A DNA stretch of 63,217 bases, the filler included, from Atractiella rhizophila (Eukaryota): the NCBI GenBank assembly GCA_021432655.1. It is 3 parts of 3 records of this genome, joined end to end, with 100 filler letters (N's around TTAATTAATTAA, not from the genome) between each part and the next. Parts side by side here need not be neighbours in the genome. Positions count along the whole stretch, not along the records: positions 44,539 to 63,217 come from MU271857.1; 2 more parts are not named here. The stretch is one strand, 5' to 3'. How positions within the stretch are numbered: the first letter of the stretch is position 1; every line of letters starts with the position of its first letter. The position numbers and the translations under genes are program-made. Below, in pieces: positions 49,311-61,401 of the stretch. A model generated the notes under the pieces. The model was not told the DNA's origin, made no database searches, and saw only the letters and a program-made list of their open reading frames with translations.

Positions 49311-52300
49311 CTACTTTCCACTCATTCCAATTTCCTTCATAGCTCCATCTATCTTTAATCTTGAAACTCCCTTTGTAAGCATATCAGCAGGTAAGTCCTT
49401 TGTGTCCATGTAGCGTAGTTGAATTCTGTTGCTGATAACGCATTCGCGGGTGTAATGGTAGGGGATATCGATGTGTTTCGTTCGTTGACGGAAGATGGGG
49501 TTATTGGCAAGTTGGTGGGATCCAAGGTTGTCGCCAAAGATGGTAATTGGAGCGTTGATAGGGAATCCTAGGTCATCAAGGAGGGTGCGGAGCCACGAAG
49601 CTTCTCGAGCTGCAAATGAAAGGGCGACGTACTCGGCTTCTGTGCTCGAAAGGGTAACTATTGACTGTTTCTTGCTTCTCCATACGACGGCGCCGCCTGC
49701 GTTCGTGAAGAGCGTCCCGGAAATCGATTTTCGATCGTGGCTGGCGGCGAAGTCTGAGTCGGAGTACCCAGTAAGTTCATTTCCTTCGCTGTGGTAGGTG
49801 ATTTTAAAGTCTGTTGTGCCGCGTAGGTAACGGAAGATCCTCTTGATGGCTTTCCAATGCTGAGGTGAGGGGTTGTCCGAGAATTGGGCGACTTGGCTGA
49901 CGGCGAATGCAAGGTCCGGTCGTGTCGCTATCATGAGATAGAGGAGGGAGCCGACTGCTTCCCTGTACCGACCGTTCCAGGATTTTGGTATGTGTGTTCC
50001 TTCGTTTCCGCCTTCCCCTTCATTCGTGGCTGGTTCTAACTTCCCTCCAAGCTCGAATGGCGTTGCGGCGGCGTTGCAGTTTTTCATTTCGAACTTCTCC
50101 AGCAGGCGCTCTGTGTAAGCTTGTTGATCGATGGAGATTCCGTCGTTAGACTGTGTGATGCGAATGCCTAAGAACTGGTGAGCTCTTCCTTCGTCCTTGA
50201 GTTTGTAGTGTTTCTGAAGTGCTTCCTTCACAGCTGCTGCTTCCTCATCATCCTCAGCCATGATAAGGATGTCGTCGACATATAGTCCTACGAGTGCGTA
50301 CTTTCCTGTTTTCCCATCTCGTCTCGTGTAGACTGTGGCTTCTGACATGCTTTGTGTGAATCCTAGACTTCTCAATTTTTCATCGGCGTCCCCGTTCCAG
50401 ACTCGTCCGCTCTGGTGGAGGCCGTAGACGCCTTTCGTCGCTCTTATCACCCAATCAGGATGTTCTGGGTCTTCCCAACCAGGAGGAGGTCGAAGATAGA
50501 TGGGTTTATCGAGTTTGCCATAAAGGTATGCCGTTGATACATCTACCATGTGTACTGGCCACTTATTCTTCGCTGCAATGGATAGGATAAGGCGAAACGA
50601 GGGCATGGAGAGGACTGGCGAGAATGTCTCGTCGTAATCAACACCTTCGCGCTGTGTATACCCTTGTGCAACTACCCTTGCACGATATCTGACAGTTTCT
50701 CCCCCTGGACCTAGCTTTTCCCTCAGCACCCATCGTGACCCAATCACATTTTCCCCCTTTGGCAACGGTACCATCTCTCCAACGTCCCTTTCCCTCCACG
50801 ACTCCCTTTCCTCGTCAAACGCGGCTTGCCATTCGACGGCATTCGGACCAGCAACGGCCTCTTCGTATGTCGGAGTGAGGTTGCGAGAGGAGGAGGCGAC
50901 TGTGATGCGGGCTACTGCGTCAGATAAGGGTGAGTTGCCGAAATACTTTGCTCTATTGTCTTTCTGAGCTTCTGCAGGTGTGCGCCGTGTGCGTTGTGGG
51001 CGTTCTGGAGGCGGCGGCGGTTGTGTTTCTTGCTTTCGACGGCCCTTCGGTGAGTTTCTCCCCCTCATTCGGTTGTTCTCTTGTTACGACTGGAATTGAC
51101 GTTGTTTCGGGAACAGGAGGGTCCGCTGGTTCGCTCGTTTGGACTTCAATTGGCTGTAGGAGTGTTGCGGGGTACGTTTCGTCGAATTGAACGTGTAGGT
51201 GCTTCGTTACTGATCCGTTCTTGGGACTATAGATCCTATACGTTTTGCTCTCCCAATCGTAGCCGACCAACCTGCCCTCCGTCGATCGCGCGTCGAGTTT
51301 CTGTCGGTTTGGCTCAGGAGGGATCAGACTGTGAGTCCTGCATCCCAATACTCGCAAGTGGTCCACTGACGGTTTCTTACCGGTCCAGGCCTCGTACGGC
51401 GTCTTTTCCTTCAAGGGCAGAGGTTGGGCGCCGGTTGATGATGTGGAATGGCGGCCATGGCGAGCTCCCCCCACAACTTCTTGGGGAGGTCGGACGTGTG
51501 TAACGTGGAGCGGATGAGGGCGGCGATTGTGAGATTGAGGCGTTCGGCAACGCCGTTCTGCTGGGGTGTGTAAGCAGCTGTGTGCTCGTGTTTGATGCCG
51601 TGCGACTTGAGGTATGTCTTGAACTCATTGCTTGTATATTCGCCGCCGTTGTCTGATCTTATCGTTTTGATCTTCAGGCCAGTTTCGAGTTCGACTTTCG
51701 CTTTGAATTCCTTGAACGCGGAGAATACATCAGATTTGTACTTCAGTAAGTAAATCCACTTTCTTCTTGTTGCGTCGTCCGTAAAGCTGAGCCAGTATTC
51801 AGCTCCTCCGAACGATTTGACGGGCGCAGGACCCCATACGTCGGTGTGAATCAGTTCGAGCTTCTCCTTTGCGCGTTCGGTAGGGCCGGAGGGGAATGGG
51901 AGCTTTCGTTGCTGGCCAAGGAGGCATCCAGCGCACGGTGAGTGGTGATCCTCCTCTCCTATCTCTAGCCCTCTAACCATTTCCTTTCTTGTAGAAGCTT
52001 GAGGCTCCCGCTTCCGATGTGACCTAAACGGCAGTGCCAGACGTGCGAGGAGGCAGGCTTTGTGGCAGCGGTAAGGTTTGTGCTTGCACCGTTGTTTGTA
52101 GTGATTATTGATGCATCTAGCCTTCGCAGTCCACCCTCTGCCACAATCTCAGCCACCACCGTACCATCTCCCTTCGCCACCTTTCCTCGCCTGTTTGCTG
52201 AGAACACGACGTCGAAGCCTCGAGCATTCAACTTGTCGGTGGAGAGGAGAGCACAATCAATTTCGGGGTCATAGAGAGTGTCAGTAATTTCAATTTCTCT

Positions 52301-53371
52301 TTCTATTCCTTTGATCTTCGTTAATGCTTTGACAGTGCCGATGCCAATTGCTTGCGTGACGACGCCGTGGGAGGAGCGGATGCGACGTGTGTGGGGCTTG
52401 AGTGAGGAGAACCAATTTGCGAAGGGCACGATGTGGTCCGTGGCAGCGGAATCGACGTAGATCCCATCACGGTGTGTCCCTTCCCCTGTAACCGTGTGGA
52501 AAGCCTCTGAGATCTTGGCTTCTCCAGGCTTCTCTCCTCCTTCTCTCTTCTTCTTGTGGCAATCCCGCTCCCAATGTCCCTCGATGCCACAGTAGTGGCA
52601 CTTTCCCCGCTTCTTCTCGCTCTTTGAATTCACTCCGCCACTCCCACTGTTCGGTTTGGTGAAGTGCTTCCCTCCTTGCCATGTTTTCGTTACTAACGCT
52701 TCTGAGGTAGTCTTTGACTCAGGATTCCTACGGTCCGCTTCGAGCAGGAGACGGGAGGCGACGTATGAGGACGTGAAGTCGTAGGTGGCAACGGTGTTAA
52801 AGGAGGAGACGACCTCAATCCAGGACTGTGGGAGTGAGATAAGTAGGAGCATGGCGATATCATCATCGTCAGTCTTGTCTCCCATCGCCTTTAACTCCTG
52901 TCCCATGGTTCTGATTCGGTTTATGTGCTCCCGCATAGATTCTCCTTCGACATAACGCGACGTGTAAAGCTTCTGGCGGAGCAGTACACGCGCTTGTCGG
53001 TCCTGGGTCTGGTAGAGCTCCTTGAGCTTGTCCCAGACCTCTTTCGGTTTCGAAACTTCGATATCCCGGATGTCAGTAAGTATGTGGTCTTTGCAGGCTT
53101 CGATGATGATCGAGTAGGCTAGGTATGCTCGCTTTGTCCAATCCCTCTGTGATGCTTCGATTATGTCGACTCTTGCGACGTTCTCCGGTTTCGCAGCCTC
53201 CGCTCCCTCGAGACTCGCCGGCTTGGGATCCGTTCCTACAACGATCCCCCAGCAGTTCCTTCCGAGGAGCTTAGCCTGGACTCGAAAGTACCAGGTATGG
53301 TAATTCTCCCGTCCTTCGAGTTTCGCGATAGTCGATGCAGCAATGAACGATGTGTCATTACCTTCAGACAT
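49311..53371 (-). CDS. Copia gag-pol polyprotein broken into four frames
   Basis: Zinc knuckle CHYCGIEGHWERDC, protease YVDSAATDH, WHCRLGH/CAGC, integrase HTDVWGP...RSDNGGEY...PQQNGVAER, RT YVDDI, RNase H GYSDSDFA...RTKHID. Frameshifts near 51975, 51445 and 51010-51070. Confidence 0.95.
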
Positions 53372-53431
53372 CCTGGGCTCGTGAAGCGACGGAGAACTTG
53401 GCTAGATATGAACGTAGCTCTCGCTACCAAT

Positions 53432-53685
53432 TGACAAATGTGAGAGCGCTGTGAAGTGTGAGATAACAAATAAGTGTGTGTTGCATTTAGTATGTAAGGG
53501 AACTACATTACCTGCGAAGTGCGAGATAACAAATAAGTGTGAGTCTCGCACTTGCAGGTGAAAGGCTTTTATAGCTAAGATCCCTGTGGCAAAAGAGAAG
53601 TTGCCACAGTTCCAGAACACGCTCGACGAAAGTGGAAACGCGCAAGTGCGCAAGTGGCGAAAGGAGGAGGCGTACGATTTTGTCA
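53432..53685 (-). repeat. 5' LTR of the copia element
   Basis: Matches 49041-49294 except two CpG>TpG changes seen near its left end. Confidence 0.97.
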
Positions 53686-55127
53686 ACTTATAGAGGTAAT
53701 GTTGGCGCTGGATTTAAGGGATACAAGGAGGAAGAAGGAAGAGAAGATGAAAGAGAAGGATGAGAGAGAGGGGAGTTCTTCATGTCATTAAAAGGGAACA
53801 GACCACTGTTTAAACAACCAATCCCACAACAGAACTCACCTTTGCCCAACCACAAGCCAACCCCTCTTTTTAACAACGCCCATTCACAAATCCCCAGATA
53901 GTCAGCAAACCTTGATTGTTATTACCCCTCATCCCACCTAAAATCGAACATGGAGCATGGAAGACATTCCTCATGAGTGAACAGCAGGCTTACAACATAG
54001 TGTTCAACCAGTTTGTCAGCAAAAGGATTGCTGCTTCCCCACTAAACCCATTTCCCCTTCACCCGGAACCCTCCCTGCCAATTCCAATGATTGCAACATC
54101 TGTGGAATGGAATGGGGAGGTAGAAGTCATCAGTGTGCAGCACCACCAGCCCCACGACTCGAAAAGCAATTCAGGTGGAGTTGTAGGAACCGGAAGGTTT
54201 TCCTCATACAGGATGCCGACCAAATATCAGGGGAGTGGGAACGGGATAAGGAAGCAGAAAGTGATGTGGAATGCACATTCCTAGTAAGAGAACTGGAGAA
54301 GGGATTAGGAGTCAAGAACGACGAAGAAAGGAGAGTTCCCAACTCCTGCATTAACAAGGAGCCCCCTCATCACATCCCACACCCAGAACTTTTGGGAGGG
54401 GTGATGAGTCTGTGGAACATCCTTATGTTTCAGAGAAAAAGGGAAAGCCTGTTGCTACTATGAAGAATGAAATTGCCAATGTCAACACAATCCAAGTACT
54501 TTATGAGAACAAACACACCCTGACGTCGTCCTCATTGACTCCATCCGAAATATTGGCGATTCTGAGCACCAAGGAACTTCAACACCCTTGGTGGAGTCAG
54601 AGCTGGAGCAGGTCCAGCATGCATATGAAGACACGAGAATCGGTTAGGGTTGATGAGGATGCCAGCAGTATCTGAGTCAGGATCTGTTGATCGCTTGAAA
54701 CTCCTGTACGCATTTCGAGGTTCACGAGGCTGGGAGGAGATTGTAACATTGTACCGCATATCACCTAGTTGATCGTTGATGGTGGATTGGGAAACAGAAT
54801 CAGCCTCATCCTCGATTGGGACATTGTGAGTGTTTTCTGGCGAGGAGACAATCTACGGTCAAAGTGAGCTGCAAAATAGTGAGATGAGAAGGGATACAGA
54901 CAAATTTTGCTCTCAGTCCGGCAATGGTGTCAATAGCTTTCGCTCTTTTCATTTTCCGTAAAGCAGCCTCGTCCTGCTTCTCATTTTCTCTATCAGCTTG
55001 TCAGAAGGGATAAGACGGGGGTTACCTTCTTCTCTTTAGCAGCATCAATAGTTTTAGCACTAGTGCCAGTCTTTCGGTATTTCTTCTGTTCGGCATTCAT
55101 CAACGAAGCTAACTGATGAAGAAAGAA

Positions 55128-56900
55128 TTACATTGCTCTGCTTTGGCTGAGCAGTCCGTCCTTTTGGCTTAGGGCCTTTGCTGTCAGAAAGCTGAAATTA
55201 TTGTAAGCCAGAAATAACTGAGGATGAAAGAATGCGCACAAAGGCAGGACCTTCACTGTCACTTCTATGACCATGCATGGTCTCAACGCCAGGGTTATCA
55301 GCTTCATCGCAACTGTCAATGCTCTGTTCTGTATCTTCTTGATCCATGAAATCTGCGCCTCATTCAATCACAATGCGCAGCTGATTGACAAATGCAACTT
55401 ACTAAGAACCTTCCCTCTCGTTTCGTAACGCTTAGCGACCGACCCACATTCTGCAGCATTCTTTAACCGCTCCTCTGCCACTTGATCTCCTTCGGGAGCC
55501 CTTTCCTACCCCTCTTGCTAACTGAGGCCGAAAAGTGTTCCAAGTGGAGCGAAAGGGGCGACATGAGAGGCTGGATAGTAGGTAGGGATGAGGAAGAATC
55601 GTGCAGACCACTTAGCAAGGGATTGACTGAGGTTGTATTCTTCCCTTCGCCCTGAGTGTTGCTGTATGTGGTTGTATTCGATGAATTGTCTCCATTGTCC
55701 GCATCGAGCTCAATCACTCCACCAATCTCCCAGTCCGGCACACTCCTCCCTCTGCCCCTCTTTCTACTTAGTCCTCTCCCCTTTGCTCTTCCCCTCCCAC
55801 GTCCACGACTTACTGGCTCACTGTATGGCCCGACCTGCTTCTCTACCACCACTCCATCAGATCCAACTGTATTCTGTCCATGGATGTCCCTTGACTGATC
55901 CGCTGGATTTAGCGGTCTTGCCGTGAGTACTGAGGCTCGTGCAGTAGCAAGAGGGTCCTGTTCTAGTTCGACAGGCTCTTCAATCGGCCGTAAGTTACGC
56001 CGAGAACCAATCTCCCTTGCCTCGAGATCACGGATTGACTTCGTTTTCGTCTTTCGGTCAATTGTCTTGCGAGGTGGCAGGATGAGCTTGACTTTGCATG
56101 GCCTGCATCGAGAGGCAGCGGGGTCAACTGCCGGAAGAATCGTGTCACCAGGTTCTCCTGGAGGGAGCAGGAGGACAGGGTCATTGCCCCCTTTGCTCAT
56201 CTGTCAAGAGGGTGACAAGGCGATTGCAGAAGTCGTCTGTGCCAGTACCTTCAGCAAAGGAGCTATTTTGACAAAGAGTATCAGGAGGAGGGAAGCGAGT
56301 CTGGGGATCTTCCCGCCCTGTTAGCGAGATTCCTTGGAGACGACAGAGGTGGTGGAGACCGTTGTTTTGTAGACCGTTTTGGAGGCATTATATCTCGAAA
56401 GTGAGGCTTGAAAAGTTTTAAGATACTGAACTTGGTCGTAAAAATTTAGAAGCTTCTCAAGAAAAGAGGGGCACAAACCTGAGCAAACTGGAAAACAAGC
56501 GACTTCCTCCCTCTCTTGCAAGTTTGTCCTCAATCTCCACTGACATCAGCTTCACCTTCAATATACATGGCACAACCATGAATCCTTCGTTGCTGGGTGC
56601 CCGGCTGTCTTCATGATTACTTTGGGAGACGCGACCAAGATGTGAGGCGGCACATCACACTCCCACATCCCAATTATCGTCCTGAGGATGCTCAAGTACC
56701 GGGCCAATTTGCTGTGGGTGAAGCGGGAGACCACGCTGAAGTTGCGGTGGTACAACAAGCTGGCATGGTAGACGTGGAAGGTGACATCGTGATGAGAAAT
56801 GTGATGGGGTGACCGGAACACTTACGCCTCCTACTTTCTGGGAGCATTCACTTCTCTTACTGGGTGTGTGTTCAATTTTTCTGTTCACTTCCAATTACGC
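55128..56900 (-). mobile_element. Decayed CxC5/KDZ (Kyakuja-Dileera-Zisupton)-like transposase remnant with an embedded RG-rich disordered ORF
   Basis: VYHASL-LYHRNFSV...VPPHILVA (56558..56821), SFLEKLLNFY...SRYN (56321..56533) and LALRPCMVI (55128..55367) resemble CxC5 and downstream KDZ-associated motifs. Most of the cysteines are missing. Confidence 0.4.
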
Positions 56901-57226
56901 CTTCTCATTATTCAGCATTTTTCTCTGATAAAAGCGAGTTGCCCTGCGAGTGCGAGACCACATCATTATTGGTTGGTCTCGTACCTCGCAGGTAATGTAT
57001 TTCATCTTTACATAGCTAGAATCACATCCTTATTGGTTGGTCTCGCACCTCGCAGCTTCGCACCCTGTCGCCCTCGTAAACTCATCAAAATGGTGGTGCC
57101 GGGCAAGATTCGGGATGGAATGAGGACGAGCGGAGATTCGAAACATTGCCTGATATTGACCAGGAGGAGGATGGATGGCATGCACGAGCTGTTTGATGTT
57201 TATGAAGACGCGTTCAGCTGCATGAT

Positions 57227-57370
57227 TAGGGCTTTGCACCGTCACCGTCAAGGTGGGTGACGGGTCCGGGACGGACGGCATTTTTGGCCACCCGTCCCGT
57301 CACCGTCACAACTTTGATTTTTTGACGACGGACGGTATAAACGGACGGGTGCTACCCGTCCGTCAGCCTA
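57227..57370. mobile_element. Left terminus of the same hAT-like TIR family
   Basis: Begins TAGGGCTTTGCACCGTC and carries more than 10 CCGTC/GACGG motifs in both orientations; shares CCCGTCACCGTCA with 44653-44665. Confidence 0.75.
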
Positions 57371-59139
57371 GATGACCTACATGATTTATCCCCAGTGTTT
57401 CTCCTTGAGTGTCAGAGTGTTGGTTCTTTCCATGTAGGGATTAGGCTTCATTATTTTACAAGAGCCCGAGTTATCCGATCCACTCCTAACGTCCCCCGAT
57501 CGTATTTGTCATTGATACAATACTGGGATCGATGGTGCTCCTCTAACCACCCTTATGGGCTAAGCGCAGATATTGAGTCCAAATACATGGATTACAAGAG
57601 ATTTGTTTTTGTTCTCCAGTGTCGGCTTGCTGAGGTGTCGAGGAGAAGGAGAGATGCTTCGAAGCGCCGTCCCGCGAACAATCCACCCATAACAATTCCT
57701 TCTTTTGCACCGTACAGATAGCTCTAAACATCGAAATTTGATGTCTGTTTGCGTTCAGACTGTCAGCAGAACTTTACCCCCAACTGCGAGGATGGGTTCT
57801 ACAATGAGCAAAGCCACGTCAACATCATCACAGTGGAGGTTAGCTCCATTTGTGGACGAATGAGGAGACTTTTCTCTTCCACCAACGACTTGCAGAGATC
57901 CTCAAACTACAGTTGCACGTCAGAAACTTAGAAAAAGAATACGTGTCCAGAAGATGCTGATGAAGTTTAGCACTGCGCGGTCATTCAGCGATTTTGGCAT
58001 CTCCTTTGTCGGCCGCCTATTTCACCAACTTTTGATTCGCAATAGAAGACGTACCTTGCAGTGCCTCAATCGATTGCCATCAAGTGGCAACGCTCCAAAG
58101 AACATTCATGTTTCGGTGATAAAGTGAATGTCAAACACTGAACGCACAAATATTTGGTCTCCTTTTCGGCCTGGCAGGCGGCCACCAATTTGCCAGAGCG
58201 ACCCGGTTTAACCTCCTTTTTTCAACTCGAACCAGGCCACAGTCGTTCCTCCCTCGTTCAAGGGGTTGATTGGGAGAGCTGAACAAAATAGTGGCGTGAT
58301 AGCGTGGCTACGTTGAAAATGAGGGTAAATCAGGTAAAAGCATCTAGTCACCCCCAAACACTCTGCAAGACCTGTCGGATCCAGCAAGGTGAAGAAACAA
58401 AAACATCCATCCCAAATAGCCTTGAAGGATCCAACTCTGCGGATGGGGCAAAGCGCGGAGAAGAAAATCCCATGGAAGCCAGATATGGCCCTCACGGGTT
58501 AGGTGAAAGCGGCCGCAGCCCAAATAACGAACAGGCCCTTCGCTCGAAAGCGCCTCAGTTTGGCGAAGATTTGCGCAACAAAACTGGTCTACCAGTTGGA
58601 GCAGTTTAACCCCGACATCGCCGACCCCTGGGGCGACAGGTCTGCTAAATGTGTAAGATGCTGGCCTTGTTGGTGGCCTTGATTCTTCTTCTTTCTGGAA
58701 TTATCGTTTGAATATGGATGCATCGGGATGAAATGGGGAGCTTGATATTAGATTGGAGATGTGTCCCGTCAACATCCCCTCATCCGTTGACTCTTCTCGC
58801 CTTCCCCTCTACGGCGCCATCTTGATTCCTTCCAAAAACCAAATGGGACCTCACTTTTAGATCACTCTGGATATCTCACAAGCTCTTGGAATCAGAACAT
58901 AAAGCCACGCTGAAGCGGAAACCAAGGTGTCTCGTGGTTTTAGAGAGCGTCATTGATTTGAGTGAGCAGATCTGCTTTTGCTCTTTCAATGGTTTAGAGG
59001 CAGTTTGAATCATGCTGGAGTAGAGTTCAATCACGGCGAGATTAAAGCTCGGTCGCGTTCACAATCTTAGTGTGGTGGCTGTTTCTCACGCCATTTCAAG
59101 TTAGGCAGGATTCTACCTCGAATGTCGAATGAACTGATG

Positions 59140-59343
59140 TATTTCACTGTATCCGGGATGTCAGTTCGATACCTCAAAATCGTCGAGAAGAGCGGTATCA
59201 AGCGCTGTCATGGGTGGTTAGATACATCACCCAGGTCCATGTTTTCCTTCACCATCCTCTCTCCATTGCCTTACAAATCTGATGGGTTTGGCGCAAATAA
59301 ACAGCACGGCGATGATTATTCGCTTAGGACGAACCAGAGTTGA
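59140..59343 (+). pseudogene. APM1: C-terminal fragment of the AP-1 adaptor mu subunit, intron retained, frameshifted
   Basis: YFTVSGMSVRYLKIVEKSG/YQALSW/VRYITQ|intron|HGDDYSLRT matches the conserved AP-1 mu C-terminus; no upstream exons were recognised. Confidence 0.85.
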
Positions 59344-60299
59344 GAGCAGGCGGCAGTCGTGGAACCATTTTGAGCCATTGGTTTGGGATTCTTGTGCAAT
59401 GTGCGTCGATTGCATGTTTTGTTCTTCTGCAAATAGCATGAGGCAACAACATGATACTCCATATTTCCTGACTGGTGCTCTTGCCTGCGAAAACGACCTG
59501 AAGCCTATGATGTTATTATTTATTTATAAGGCTCTCGGAATCTCCAATCACACAAACATGTGATGGCAAGATTACTTGTCGGTGCCGGTTATAACCCAAG
59601 ACCTGAACACCTTGTGCCAAGTTGGGCTTGACAAGCTGAAGCTCAATCCTTCCTTGGCCGCAAGGCGAGTAGATCTGGATCTGATGGAAGGGTCGAAAGC
59701 ATTCTGTTGGAAATCGACGGGCTGAGGAGCGGAGCTAAGTACGACTTGGTTATGTTTGGCTGAGCTCTTGCAATGCATGAGCACCAGGATATGGAATTCT
59801 ATGTGTTTATATAGCTTACATTAGTGGCAACTAGAAAGTAGTAGAACATTCCAGAAAACTAAAGAACTTTGCCACCGAGTGGCACGAAACTAGACTGCAA
59901 AATCCAACACTTCCGCCCAGTCTTGTGGAGTGCCACAAGGTAATCAATAGAAAGTAAAGTTCATTGACAAGGTCATTAAAAGGTAAACAAGGGTCAATTT
60001 AATTCTCAACAAGGGGATCTCAAACTTTAATACTCATCAAAACTTCCGCCGATTTCTTGCTTCTGCCGCTTCAAGGCACGTCAATACGAGATAATAGCTG
60101 TCCCATGATGCTTCATCAACGATGAAAGATCTTCTTCCTACGCCTGAAGATGATACACGGCTGCCATTCGCCAAATTTCACCAGATCTTGAGACCATTCA
60201 ACTATTACTCCCTTCAGTCTTCTTTTCTTCTTTTAAAAAGCTGCATCTATCAAGGCTTCATTGATAGCTAGGTGTGTACTCTCCTGTGGCTTCGCTTTT

Positions 60300-61070
60300 C
60301 TGTCGCAATCTCGAGCAATGTGAGTGGGATTACCACATCCAACAGGCTCGTGAGGTACCGTTATTCTGGGATTCTGAATATCGTTCAAATCTTCGACTAT
60401 TCTCCCTCTGTTGTTCCTTCCTTCCCCATTTAGGCACTGCTGTAGCCATTGCAGCTATCTCTATCTCTCCCGGTATTCCACCTCTTCTCCTCTCTTCATC
60501 TCTGAGTGCTGAAACGACTTCATCAATTGTCTGCTCCTCTTTTGTGGCCATGAGTGTGCTGGCAAGGCTTCCCCATGTTTCTGCAAGGTTGAATGTCAGG
60601 ACATCCGTAATATCTTGGTCTGACAGGGTTAGGCCGATTGATTTCATTTTTGATGCTGATTCAAGGACGTGGGAGATGAACTGTTCAATGGAGGCGGTGA
60701 AATCGTGCTTTGTTGTGTAAAATGCGCATTTCAAGGTGATTCTGTTCGCTTTTGAGGATTTCTCATACTTCTCCTTGACGGCTTTCCATGCTTCTGGACC
60801 TGTAGTGCTGCTTCGAACATACATGAACTGCGACAGATCAAGGCTGAGTCCAATTATTGTAAGTGCGTCTTCAAGCTGTCTCTTCATTTCATCTGATGTA
60901 GTCCTTGTTTGGACACCATCTGTCGTGCTCGTAAGGATATCCCAGCAATTGCATTTCTTCAGGACAAGGGTAACAGCGAATTTCCAGTCCGCATAATTTG
61001 TTCCATCGTGCTTTGGAATTTCACGAATGAGTGAATGAATTCCAACAGTGTGGGTCGACATGGCTGGCAC
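60300..61070 (-). mobile_element. Copia-type gag remnant
   Basis: IPKHDGTNYADWKF, ALTIIGLS, T..EAW..VKEKYE (Retrotran_gag_2-like); the zinc knuckle is broken by a stop (ACWMW*SH). No intact pol downstream. Confidence 0.8.
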
Positions 61071-61401
61071 GTGGGTCGTCTAGATCCGCTCTTCTGGACT
61101 GTCCAAGCACGCTGATCCAGTTCTGGTATCGCTCTGACTGGACGTGCGTTCGAAGGTCTGAGTCGGGGTCTATATGAAATTCGAACGCATTTTGTCTTTT
61201 ATGCCAACACTTCGGGCACTCAGGTGCTCAAACTGCTCCGTGGTTGTGTTTGGTTTCTAGGCTCACGCGTTGAGGTTTGGCTTGCGAGGGTTCTGCGAGC
61301 CAACGAGAGCTTGTGAGCTTTGAAAGGACCCCAAATGAGGTGGTAAGCAAGACGAAAGGTTCACCCCAAAAGCAGTTCCGAAGTCCGAACAGGAGGAGAA
61401 A

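Larger units (their letters stand above)
49041..53685 (-). mobile_element. Full-length Ty1/copia LTR retrotransposon
   Basis: 254-bp TG...CA LTRs at 49041-49294 and 53432-53685; 5-bp TSD ACTTA (49036-49040, 53686-53690); PBS TGGTAGCGAGAGC (53417-53429); PPT GCGAGGGGGAG (49297-49307); domain order gag-PR-IN-RT-RH. Confidence 0.98.
48865..54600 (+). pseudogene. DUF4246-like pseudogene interrupted by the copia element
   Basis: Left flank SKFTALPTDFQI (cf. KFQWLPxDF). Right flank QIVSK...P..P....GAW...M.E...IV, VPN and ILSTKELQHPWW (cf. QVIVKLA..GxWH, FPN, ISTxxVPPQQxxW). Stops and frameshifts present. Confidence 0.5.

Noticed and set aside
57227..57370. CRISPR-like or iteron array, or a complete self-contained MITE
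   Set aside because: The 5-bp motifs are irregularly spaced with no repeat-spacer period. The right side (CAGCCTA) matches the TIR poorly and there is no TSD, so only one terminus is supported.
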